Shown piece after piece: positions 8,663 to 15,878 of a DNA stretch of 32,000 nucleotides (position 1 is its first letter; each line of letters opens with the position of its first letter). The notes below the pieces were generated by a model. The model saw only the letters and a list, made by a program, of their open reading frames with translations. It did no database searches and was not told the origin of the DNA. The translations under genes and the position numbers were made by a program. Source of the stretch: Candidatus Iainarchaeum sp. (GTDB lineage: Archaea > Iainarchaeota > Iainarchaeia > Iainarchaeales > VGJJ01); the NCBI GenBank assembly GCA_030688545.1, contig JAUYHT010000002.1:360001-392000 (forward strand), in the 5' to 3' direction.

Positions 8663-9846
8663 TATTGGTCACCTCCTGCGACGATGGTCTCGCCTGGTTC
8701 GCCGGTGGAATCGTTACCCGGGGACCCGGGTTCGATCACTCCTGCATTCACGGCGACTTCCACGTCCGTGAGGACCGCGGCGTCGTTGACCAGGATCTCA
8801 TCCTGGACCTCGGCTTCGACCTCAACCTCCGCTTCCGTGTCATCCGGGATGGTGGCTTCGGCTTCAACGATCAATTCATCCTCATCCCCCACTTGCTTCC
8901 AGTGGTTCCAGATGAAGACCACGCGCTGCGTGGCGTGCACAGAAACTTTGGCCCATGCCCGCGTACTCAGGAAGGAGGCTCGGAGCTTCCCCGCATTTTC
9001 AGGGGTGGGATTGGCAATGAAAGTATCCCGCTTTTCCTGCAAGTCCGCGATGTGGGCATCCAATTTGTTGTTCAACCGGGTCAGCTTGGCCGTGAGGAAT
9101 TGGATCTTTACAGACAACTGATTATCCTCGGATTGTTCGCCCAATAGTTGTAAGCGGGCGAGGAAGGAATCCAGTTTGGTCGACACGGATTCAGCATAGG
9201 TTAAGATGCGACCGGAGACCTCAATGAGATGGGCCTGGCGGAGGTCCCAAATGGCATTCTCGGCGTCCGCATCGACCTCATTGGAGGGCGCATCGGTGCA
9301 AGCCTCAAGTCGGCCCAGCAAGGATTCCAGGCGCGCGGCCAAGACAGTCTGTTCCTGGTCCTGGGCCACATTCATGGCCAAGCGCACACGCTCTTCCATC
9401 CACGCGCACGTGTCAGAGTCGCGCAGCTCATGAATGACCCATTTCTCTTCGAGCCTTTCGGCAGCACGGATTCGGATTTTTTCTCGAATTTCGACGCGAT
9501 CATCCTTCAAACGGAATTCCGTTCGCAGGCGCTGCTCGATCCCAGCTTGGGCCAGCTCGGGCAGGCGGGTCGCACTCAAAATCTTGAATGTGGCATCGGC
9601 CGAGTCTTTGGAAGTATCGGTCGATTTGACATCGGAAATCTTCTCATGGTAGCGGATTTCCCATTCCTGCTTGTAGCGCATCTTTTCTGCTTCGCTTAGG
9701 TTCTCCCATTTCATCACGGTCTGGGCATCGATTTCCTGGAGCGCGAATAGGCCATCTCGCCCTTCGCCTCGCTCTGCCAATACCAGGCTCCCCAGGAATA
9801 GGGAGACCAGGAGGACCGCGAGCACGGGAATGATTTTCAAACGCAT
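8662..9846 (-). CDS. Secreted coiled-coil protein with an acidic C-terminus, function unknown
   Basis: 394-aa ORF with an N-terminal signal/TM segment (MRLKIIPVLAVLLVSLFLGSLVLA). The body is long, helical and rich in charged residues. The C-terminus is acidic (EAEVEVEAEVQDE). Confidence 0.65.
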   Translation of the reverse strand: MRLKIIPVLAVLLVSLFLGSLVLAERGEGRDGLFALQEIDAQTVMKWENLSEAEKMRYKQEWEIRYHEKISDVKSTDTSKDSADATFKILSATRLPELAQAGIEQRLRTEFRLKDDRVEIREKIRIRAAERLEEKWVIHELRDSDTCAWMEERVRLAMNVAQDQEQTVLAARLESLLGRLEACTDAPSNEVDADAENAIWDLRQAHLIEVSGRILTYAESVSTKLDSFLARLQLLGEQSEDNQLSVKIQFLTAKLTRLNNKLDAHIADLQEKRDTFIANPTPENAGKLRASFLSTRAWAKVSVHATQRVVFIWNHWKQVGDEDELIVEAEATIPDDTEAEVEVEAEVQDEILVNDAAVLTDVEVAVNAGVIEPGSPGNDSTGEPGETIVAGGDQ

Positions 9847-10037
9847 TATGTGTTCACCTCACTCGTGTATCACCGCATGGATGCGGAAACAGAGGTATTG
9901 GGGGCCTTTTCCCATATAAAGGTTTCAATGGGAAAACGAGTGGAATAAAAGCAATATGACCCAGAAACGGAAAATGGAGGCATTTTCTCAAGAGAAGGGA
10001 TTGGCATCAAAAAGGGAGAGGAAGAAATATTGGGGGT

Positions 10038-10448
10038 ATGCATTATGCCATTCGACCGGATACGCCCATCGCCGGGTTGCCTCATGACCTGCATGCCATC
10101 CATTTAGTACGGGCTATCTCCGCGCGAAAGATGGAAGCCGTGCTAAAGCACTGCCCGCATCTCGAAGAGATACGTGTATCCCCTTCCGTGCGGAAGCGGT
10201 TGTCCCCTCGAGTGAATACATTGCTTACAAAACACGCCATTAGGATTGGGGGTGGAGCTAAAGCGGGCCGAGCGCTGGGGATCAACCTCGCGACCGTGCA
10301 AGCCATCGCCGATCTGAAGAAGGATTTCCTCTCGGTGCGCGCCATCAGCGCCAAAGTGGGGGTGCCCAAGAGCACGGTGCATTATCTCCTGAAAAAAGCC
10401 AAACGCGAGAAGATAAGGAATGGGCGGCATGTAATCCACGTGGCGTGA
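10038..10448 (+). CDS. Small protein with a C-terminal resolvase-type helix-turn-helix
   Basis: 136 aa; SVRAISAKVGVPKSTVHYLLKKAKRE is a typical HTH. The N-terminal half is uncharacterised. Confidence 0.5.
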   Translation: MHYAIRPDTPIAGLPHDLHAIHLVRAISARKMEAVLKHCPHLEEIRVSPSVRKRLSPRVNTLLTKHAIRIGGGAKAGRALGINLATVQAIADLKKDFLSVRAISAKVGVPKSTVHYLLKKAKREKIRNGRHVIHVA

Positions 10449-10558
10449 ATGATGATCATTGGAAGAGAACCAAAAAAAATTATTTTCCGGAATTTAATAT
10501 CAATCGTTTCTTGACTCAAGCACCCCATCTTTTGGAAAACCTAATTTCCAAAACTGGG

Positions 10559-10762
10559 TTCGTTTTTTTGATCAAACTTTTTTATCTAGAGGAGGTTTTT
10601 TGATCAAACTTTTTTTCCAAAAAAGTTTGTTTTGATGAAACTTTTTATCAAATATGTTCGTTTTTTGATCAAACTTTTTCTTAAAAAGTTTGTTTTGATG
10701 AAACTTTTTCTTAAAAAAAGATTCGTTTTTTTGATCAAACTTTTTTTCCAAAAAAGTTTGTT
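10559..10762. repeat. Tandem array of nested AT-rich palindromes (4 copies of TTTGATCAAA, each followed by AAACTTTTT arms; 3 perfect 10-11-bp hairpins)
   Basis: TGATCA occurs at 10569, 10601, 10666 and 10732. The hairpin CAAAC-T(5-7)-loop-A(5-6)-GTTTG occurs at 10605-10629, 10670-10692 and 10736-10760. The variant GTTTTGATGAAACTTTTT occurs at 10628-10646 and 10691-10709. The last three units are spaced at 63-66 nt (65 and 66 nt between successive TGATCA cores). The array lies between convergent gene ends. Confidence 0.85.
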
Positions 10763-11785
10763 TTAGTGCAAGCGGATGTGGGCGTGTTTGCCTTGCGCGC
10801 GGATGCGCATGAGGAGTTGTTTGGTGAAGAGGTCGATGAGCGTCTCTTCCGTCATGTAGGCAGGGATGTTGAGCTGCGCCGCGCGTGCATGCCCCCCCGC
10901 GTCACCATCGTGCTGTTGGGCGAAAGGGAGGATGATGTCGAGGATGTCAAGATCCAGGTCGTGGTGGAGTTTTTCGGAGACGCGGATGGAGCAGAGGATG
11001 TGGTGTGGGTCTCGCGCGTAGCCCACGGCGAGATCGGCGCCTAATTGGATGAAGGAGGAGGCAGCGAAAGCGGTGTGATAGGGGGCATGAATGAAAGCGA
11101 GGAGGTAGTCGCCCACTGTAAAAATCTTGGCGGCGCGAGCGGCCTTGAACAAGGCCAATCGATTGCCAGTAGGAGGTGGGGGGAATGCAAGGAGGAGGAG
11201 CTCTTCATATGTTTTCGGGCTCTTTTGCAGGAGGAAATCAAAGGTTTCAAAAGTATGCGGGTTGGCCACGGCGAAGCGCGCGGAATCCGCTAGGATGGCG
11301 GTGGCGAGGAGGGTGGCGAGAGTGGAGGGAAAGGACGCTTTCATGGCGCGGCCGATGCGCGTGACCATCTGGGCGGTGGCGATGGAATGCGGTCGGATAA
11401 TGGGAATGGTTTTACGGGAGAACGAATGGAGAGCGGTGGAATGGTGGTCGATGAGGATAAGGGTTTTGGGATAGGTTGAGAGCGCGTGGGAAAGAGACCC
11501 TCCTTGTTGGGGGGAGCGGAAGTCCACGCACACAACGGCATCATAGGAGGCGAGGGAGGAGATGGTTTTGGGTTTGATTTGGAATGGTTGGAGGAGCGCG
11601 CTCACGGTGTTCAGAGGATCGGGAATGCCAAATGTGGTTTTGGAATAGGGAGCAAAAAAGAGGGAGAGAGCGTAAGCGGACGCGAGAGTGTCTAAATCAG
11701 GACGCGTGTGGGCGAGGAAGAGGACCTTCTTTCCCGTGAGCAGGGTTTTGAGGCGCTTGGCATCCGCGGCGCGGGGAACTCCCAT
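10763..11785 (-). CDS. DHH/DHHA1-family phosphoesterase (NrnA/RecJ-like)
   Basis: Motifs HTRPDLDTLAS, VCVDF, LIDHHS and the C-terminal DAGGHARAAQ (DHHA1 GGGH-type). ATG 11785 lies 1 nt after the prefoldin stop. The track start at 11827 would overlap prefoldin by 41 nt. Confidence 0.8.
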   Translation of the reverse strand: MGVPRAADAKRLKTLLTGKKVLFLAHTRPDLDTLASAYALSLFFAPYSKTTFGIPDPLNTVSALLQPFQIKPKTISSLASYDAVVCVDFRSPQQGGSLSHALSTYPKTLILIDHHSTALHSFSRKTIPIIRPHSIATAQMVTRIGRAMKASFPSTLATLLATAILADSARFAVANPHTFETFDFLLQKSPKTYEELLLLAFPPPPTGNRLALFKAARAAKIFTVGDYLLAFIHAPYHTAFAASSFIQLGADLAVGYARDPHHILCSIRVSEKLHHDLDLDILDIILPFAQQHDGDAGGHARAAQLNIPAYMTEETLIDLFTKQLLMRIRAQGKHAHIRLH

Positions 11786-11786
11786 A

Positions 11787-12176
11787 TCAGGGTTTGTTGG
11801 CGTCCGAGGATTTAACGGTTTGGTCATTTGACCTTATTTGGGCCGCGCCCTGAGCGGCGTCGCTTTCAATTTGGGAGCGGAGGGTATTGAGCTTCTGGAC
11901 GAGGGATTCCTCCTGCTTCTCCACCGACTTCAAACGGATGGATGAGGTTTCCTTCTGGTCGGCAAGCTCCTTCTTCACTTCCCCTTTTTCGCGCAAAACG
12001 AGGATGTTGCCCGCGGCCTTGTATACATTCGTTTCCTTGGTGCGCTCTATTTCTTCCAAGGATTTCTCGAGACCATTCACCAAGGCTTGCAGTTGCTGCT
12101 TCTGCATCGTTACGTTGATCAACGCCTGCCGCTGTTTCTCGAATTCCATTATTTTTTCTCGGATATCCTGTGCCAT
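11787..12176 (-). CDS. pfdB: Prefoldin beta subunit
   Basis: 129 aa with a two-helix coiled-coil layout and a central NVYKAAGNILVL hairpin segment. It occupies the expected place in the archaeal superoperon. Confidence 0.8.
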   Translation of the reverse strand: MAQDIREKIMEFEKQRQALINVTMQKQQLQALVNGLEKSLEEIERTKETNVYKAAGNILVLREKGEVKKELADQKETSSIRLKSVEKQEESLVQKLNTLRSQIESDAAQGAAQIRSNDQTVKSSDANKP

Positions 12177-12222
12177 GTTCCATCTCTCCTGTCTGTATGA
12201 ATCGCTTAAGAATAAATAATCA

Positions 12223-12459
12223 TCAAAGGGTCGACAACCCCTTCAAGAAATCCGCTAACCCCGTGTAGGTGGCGGTGGAGGCTGTCAATGCGGGCGAGTG
12301 CACGGCTTCGATGTGGATGAGAAGGCGGTTTTTTTCACTTGTGATGTGGGTGCGGGCATTCCGTTCGTGGGATTTCCCGGTTTCCAATGAAAGGGCGGCC
12401 TGGGCCGCCGCCGCCTCGCGGGGGGAAGAAAACATTTTTTTTAGTGTGCGTGCGGGCAT
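12223..12459 (-). CDS. pcc1: KEOPS subunit Pcc1-like protein
   Basis: 78 aa from ATG 12459. The segment AAQAALSLETGKSHERNARTHITSEKNRLLIHIEAVHSPALTASTATYTGL fits the Pcc1 pattern (A..AL..E....R......L.I.IEA.d..ALRAs.nsY). The longer track ORF (to 12678) overlaps rpoP out of frame. Confidence 0.5.
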   Translation of the reverse strand: MPARTLKKMFSSPREAAAAQAALSLETGKSHERNARTHITSEKNRLLIHIEAVHSPALTASTATYTGLADFLKGLSTL

Positions 12460-12464
12460 GGGGA

Positions 12465-12596
12465 TCAACGGGCCTGCACTTTTTTCTCGACGGGGGCGCG
12501 GACCTTGTAGAAAATCTTGTTCCCGCAATTGGCACACCGGACTAAACCAATGGGGAGCTGATCGAACTGATGAAGGCATTTGCTGCATTTGTACAT
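12465..12596 (-). CDS. rpoP: DNA-directed RNA polymerase subunit P (Rpo12), zinc ribbon
   Basis: Hand translation gives MYKCSKCLHQFDQLPIGLVRCANCGNKIFYKVRAPVEKKVQAR followed by a stop. It has a CxxC...CxxC zinc ribbon. At 43 aa it is below the track cutoff. It sits in the canonical position after rpl37ae. Confidence 0.8.
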   Translation of the reverse strand: MYKCSKCLHQFDQLPIGLVRCANCGNKIFYKVRAPVEKKVQAR

Positions 12597-12598
12597 GG

Positions 12599-13054
12599 TT
12601 AATCATCTCCTTCCGCGGACTTGGGCTCGGGCATTGTTTGGGTTTTGGTTTTGGTTTTTGGAGAAGGGGAAAGGGCATTAGAGGGTTGGGGATCCATGGG
12701 CGCAGGAGATTCGTCGGGGAAAGGGGTTATTTCCTTTGAGGGCTTGGCGGGCGGCTCGTACACGGCCGCGAGCTCCTCGAGGAGGGAGGCGGAGAAGGCT
12801 TTCTGGGCGACCATCTTGGCCACAATGCTCCCGGAAAGGGTTTGGGGATAGTAGGCGCCGCCGGCATACTTGGAGTGGCACTTGGTGCAGGAAAAGATAC
12901 CCGTGGACACCCTTTTCACACGGGAAAACCCACATTTGGGGCAGATATGCTTGATTCGTTGCTTGGCTTCCACGAGATCGAAGCGCCGGCGCACCGCGAC
13001 CCCGTAGCGGGATCCAAATTTGGAGGAATAGCGGGTGCGTTTTTGTTTGACCAT
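12599..13054 (-). CDS. rpl37ae: Ribosomal protein eL43 (L37Ae) with a C-terminal extension of about 60 aa
   Basis: The core reads SKFGSRYGVAVRRRF...CPKCGFSRVKRVSTGIFSCTKCHSKYAGGAYYPQT. The tail (EPPAKPSKEITPFPDESPAPMDPQPSN...KTKTKTQT) is rich in Pro, Lys and Thr. Confidence 0.85.
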   Translation of the reverse strand: MVKQKRTRYSSKFGSRYGVAVRRRFDLVEAKQRIKHICPKCGFSRVKRVSTGIFSCTKCHSKYAGGAYYPQTLSGSIVAKMVAQKAFSASLLEELAAVYEPPAKPSKEITPFPDESPAPMDPQPSNALSPSPKTKTKTQTMPEPKSAEGDD

Positions 13055-13091
13055 GGGTGTGCTCCTGAATGAAACCCCCCGAAAAACCTTT

Positions 13092-13883
13092 TTAAACCTT
13101 CAAGCGTTTCCGGAGGGTTTTGGCATTCGCGAGGCCCATGTCGAGAGTTTGTTCCAATTCGCTGGGGGAAAAGGATCCCGAACCCCCTTTCTGGAAGGCA
13201 CAAAGAATTCCTTTTTCAGTGCTCCCGAAAGAGAAGCGGGCACTCTGGGCGTGCTCTTCCGTGCGGCGCGGGTCGGCTAAAATGAGACCAGCCGCTTTGG
13301 AATGGGTGGTTAATAGGGGTTGGTTGGCCAATTTGAGATTGCCCGCATATTCGTAATCAACAATTTTTCCATCCTCCACTTTAGGAAGCCGGGTTTGGTT
13401 CAGGGACAGAAGCGCCGCCATGGAAGCGGCATCGAACATGTTGCCATCGTCATTGAGGGCGTACATGTCGATGAACATCATGAGCACCTGCTCCCCGGGG
13501 ATCAAGCATAAGGAGGCGGTGTCGATGGCGTGGCTTTCTCTAATACAGCGGTCAACCACCCGGGCTAATTCAACCTCTTTGGGTTGGGGAGGACCGACTT
13601 CATACTGGGGAGAAGCGAGGGGCGTCAATTCCAATCCCACGGCGATGGCCCCCTCATTAGGGGTGTCGGGGTAAGGGGTTCCAATCCCGAATTTCACGCC
13701 GGCGATGACATCCGTTTTTCCTAATTGGACGCGCGCGGAACCATTCGCATTCTGACTCACACCTGTCTGGAATGAAATATCCCTATATTCGTCCAAGGCC
13801 CGGCCGTCCTCGCGCTTGCCACCGCGCAAAGAAACCAAGGTTTTGGCGCTCTGGAGTTCTACCAATACATCAATCTGCGTCAT
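13092..13883 (-). CDS. rrp42: Exosome complex subunit Rrp42 (RNase PH-like, non-catalytic)
   Basis: 263 aa. REDGRALDEYRDISFQTGVSQNANGSARVQLGKTDVIAGV is the typical Rrp42 N-terminus. It lies immediately after rrp41. Confidence 0.85.
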   Translation of the reverse strand: MTQIDVLVELQSAKTLVSLRGGKREDGRALDEYRDISFQTGVSQNANGSARVQLGKTDVIAGVKFGIGTPYPDTPNEGAIAVGLELTPLASPQYEVGPPQPKEVELARVVDRCIRESHAIDTASLCLIPGEQVLMMFIDMYALNDDGNMFDAASMAALLSLNQTRLPKVEDGKIVDYEYAGNLKLANQPLLTTHSKAAGLILADPRRTEEHAQSARFSFGSTEKGILCAFQKGGSGSFSPSELEQTLDMGLANAKTLRKRLKV

Positions 13884-13895
13884 ATGAGGTCACCT

Positions 13896-14816
13896 TCACT
13901 CCTTTTCCCCGAAAGATTCATTCTCTTCGGGTTGTTCGTCCTGGATATAATCAGCGGCCCCAAACGAGAAGGGGTCCTTCTCGGGGGGATGCTCATGCGT
14001 TCCTTGGGCGGATGGGTCGATGGGAGGAAGATCCTCATACCCCTCCACGGGAGCGGGGGCGGCGCGGGAAAAGGATTCCTTGAGGGCTTCCTTCTGCAAC
14101 GCATAAATGGATTCGATGTTGCTCTGAGCGAGGTCCATCAATTTTGAAAATTCCTCGCGGGTCATCTCCCCATCCATCTGGAGCAAAGTCACTTCTTTGG
14201 AATTGGGGAGGAAAGACACCGCCATGTCAATGGCGTCGGGGGCGTCTTCCTCGTGCTTGTTGAGGTCCACGAGGAGATGGCCATCGGCCCTTCCCACGGT
14301 TATCCCGGTCACGAGATCCCGCATGGGAATGCCCGCATCCGCTACCGCCACCGCGGCCGCTGTCAAGCAGGCGATGCGCGTGCCCGCATTGGAATCCAGC
14401 ACCTCCACGAAGATGTCGATGGCGGTATTGGGAAATCTTTCAAGGAAGATGGCGCGCTCGAGGGCCTCTCCCGATACTTTTGAAATTTCGATCTCGCGCC
14501 GACCGGGGCGAGGATTTTTTCTCTCGGATACCGAGAAGGAGGCCATGCGGTAGGTATAGCGCACGATGGCGCGGTAGGGGTTGGAATGGTGTTTGGGAAG
14601 ACATTCCCGGGGACCATTCACGGCGACCATTACTTTGTTTTGGCCCCATTCGAGGTAGCAGGAGCCATCGGCATTGGGAAGGATTCCTGCCTTTATTTTA
14701 ATGGCGCGCACATCATGCACGCCGCGGCCATCCATGCGCTTGCCGCTCTTATCCACCCAAACGGATTTGGGGTCATTGTCCCCTTTGGGACTTTTTTTGG
14801 TTTTCGGAGTTGCCAT
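13896..14816 (-). CDS. rrp41: Exosome catalytic subunit Rrp41 (RNase PH-like) with Lys-rich N-terminal and acidic C-terminal extensions
   Basis: Motifs RMDGRGVHDVRAIKIKAGILPNADGSCYLEWGQNKVMVAVNGPRE, NAGTRIA and DLNKHEEDAPDAIDM. About 58 extra C-terminal residues are rich in Asp, Glu and Pro. Confidence 0.9.
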   Translation of the reverse strand: MATPKTKKSPKGDNDPKSVWVDKSGKRMDGRGVHDVRAIKIKAGILPNADGSCYLEWGQNKVMVAVNGPRECLPKHHSNPYRAIVRYTYRMASFSVSERKNPRPGRREIEISKVSGEALERAIFLERFPNTAIDIFVEVLDSNAGTRIACLTAAAVAVADAGIPMRDLVTGITVGRADGHLLVDLNKHEEDAPDAIDMAVSFLPNSKEVTLLQMDGEMTREEFSKLMDLAQSNIESIYALQKEALKESFSRAAPAPVEGYEDLPPIDPSAQGTHEHPPEKDPFSFGAADYIQDEQPEENESFGEKE

Positions 14817-14857
14817 ATCGTTTTCACCTATGAATCGTTTTGTAAGATTGAATGATG

Positions 14858-15841
14858 TTATTCGAATGTGGGATCCTCATCCCCGCGAACGCGGTCGTCC
14901 CGGGGAAACCTTTTCCGGGGAGGGAAACGATTGCTATCCCGAGGAGGAAAAGAATTTTCTCGGCGTGAATCCGGGCTTTGAGAATACCCTTCCCCGAACG
15001 AACGGCGAGGACGAAAGTTGTTGGAGGGAGGGCGGCGATCATTCCCTCGGTAATTGGAGGGCGTTGAGCGTGGGCGGAAGGAGGAAGAACCAAAACTCCG
15101 GCGATCCCCTCGAGGGGGGCCGCGGTGGTCGCCCCCACGAAAACCGCCTCGTTGGGGGGGACGGGAATAGCCATGGACATCGAAGGACGCTTCATTCAGC
15201 GGGCCTTGCGTCCCGGGGAGACCCGTGCCTGTTTTGGCGGCGAGAAACTGTTGAATATTCTGTGTCAAGTGGTCGACGTGCGCATAGGTTTCCACGCGCA
15301 GAAGGGCTTCCTTGGCGAGAGCAATATCTCCTCCCTGAAGGAAGATGAACCCATTTCTTCCCACCATAATGTGAGCGCCGGTGCCATTCCGGATGACATT
15401 GAGCATGGACGCATTCTTCCCTATGATCCGGGGAACCTTCACGGGAGTCACGCTCACGACATCCCCTTCAGGAGAGAGGGATTTGACCATGCCTATTTCG
15501 GCCTCGTTGACTTCATTTACTTTAACGACTTTAGCTGAAATAACCCCCCCTATTTTGAGAGGGTCGCGGAGATCCTGCTTGGAGACGAAGGTGGGGTAGA
15601 AGGAGTTGATGTCGACATCATACCCCGCGAACCGCTCGCTCCGGACGATGCCTATGACCACGTCTTCAGACATGGGGAGGTAGCGCCCGCGCAGGGGAAC
15701 GACGGAAATGCGATCTTCGGTTTCATTCTTGATGCCTAAGACATCCGAATAAATGCGATCATGAAAGGCATATACATGGGTTCCCATCTGCTTGAGGTGT
15801 TCGCTCACCATCTCGCCGGGCACCACAATCTCTTTGCTCAT
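14858..15841 (-). CDS. rrp4: Exosome cap subunit Rrp4 (S1 + KH) with an Arg/Gly/Pro/Ser-rich C-terminal tail of about 120 aa
   Basis: S1-like segment DVVIGIVRSERFAGYDVDINS...GGVISAKVVKVNE. KH-like segment VPRIIGKNASMLNVIRNGTGAHIMVGRNGFIFL. The tail contains RGGFRGGDHRGPPRGDRRSFG and repeated FRPR/FPPR units. Confidence 0.85.
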   Translation of the reverse strand: MSKEIVVPGEMVSEHLKQMGTHVYAFHDRIYSDVLGIKNETEDRISVVPLRGRYLPMSEDVVIGIVRSERFAGYDVDINSFYPTFVSKQDLRDPLKIGGVISAKVVKVNEVNEAEIGMVKSLSPEGDVVSVTPVKVPRIIGKNASMLNVIRNGTGAHIMVGRNGFIFLQGGDIALAKEALLRVETYAHVDHLTQNIQQFLAAKTGTGLPGTQGPLNEASFDVHGYSRPPQRGGFRGGDHRGPPRGDRRSFGSSSFRPRSTPSNYRGNDRRPPSNNFRPRRSFGEGYSQSPDSRRENSFPPRDSNRFPPRKRFPRDDRVRGDEDPTFE

Positions 15842-15878
15842 AACGGTCTCACTCCTCTGGGGTTATCTGGATTAAGGT

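Noticed and set aside
8653-9699. Plus-strand ORFs of 145-164 aa (8653-9147, 8684-9121, 9229-9699)
   Set aside because: They are antisense to the 394-aa secreted coiled-coil gene, whose frame has a signal peptide, translational coupling to the next gene and a terminator.
10451-10520. C/D box sRNA (AUGAUGA at 10452-10458)
   Set aside because: No CUGA D or D' box occurs at the required spacing downstream, and there is no terminal stem.
10559-10762. CRISPR array interpretation of the tandem repeats
   Set aside because: The units are AT-rich palindromes with irregular spacing (32, then about 65 nt). The sequences between them are themselves repeat variants rather than unique spacers, and no cas genes are present.
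10449-10762. Replication origin (oriC) interpretation
   Set aside because: The region is AT-rich with many inverted repeats. However, there is no adjacent orc1/cdc6 gene and no ORB-like element with a G-string, and I cannot compute skew. It is kept only as one of several possibilities in the finding.
12460-12678. N-terminal 73 aa of the 151-aa track ORF 12223-12678
   Set aside because: This part overlaps rpoP and the end of rpl37ae out of frame and is a Pro/Lys/Ser-rich artefact. Only the C-terminal 78 aa (Pcc1-like) were kept.
14674-15348. 224-aa plus-strand ORF, and the 123-aa minus-strand ORF at 14824-15195
   Set aside because: Both are antisense or out of frame relative to the repetitive Arg/Gly/Pro-rich tail of rrp4. 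Long shadow ORFs are expected in such biased sequence, and neither carries recognisable motifs.
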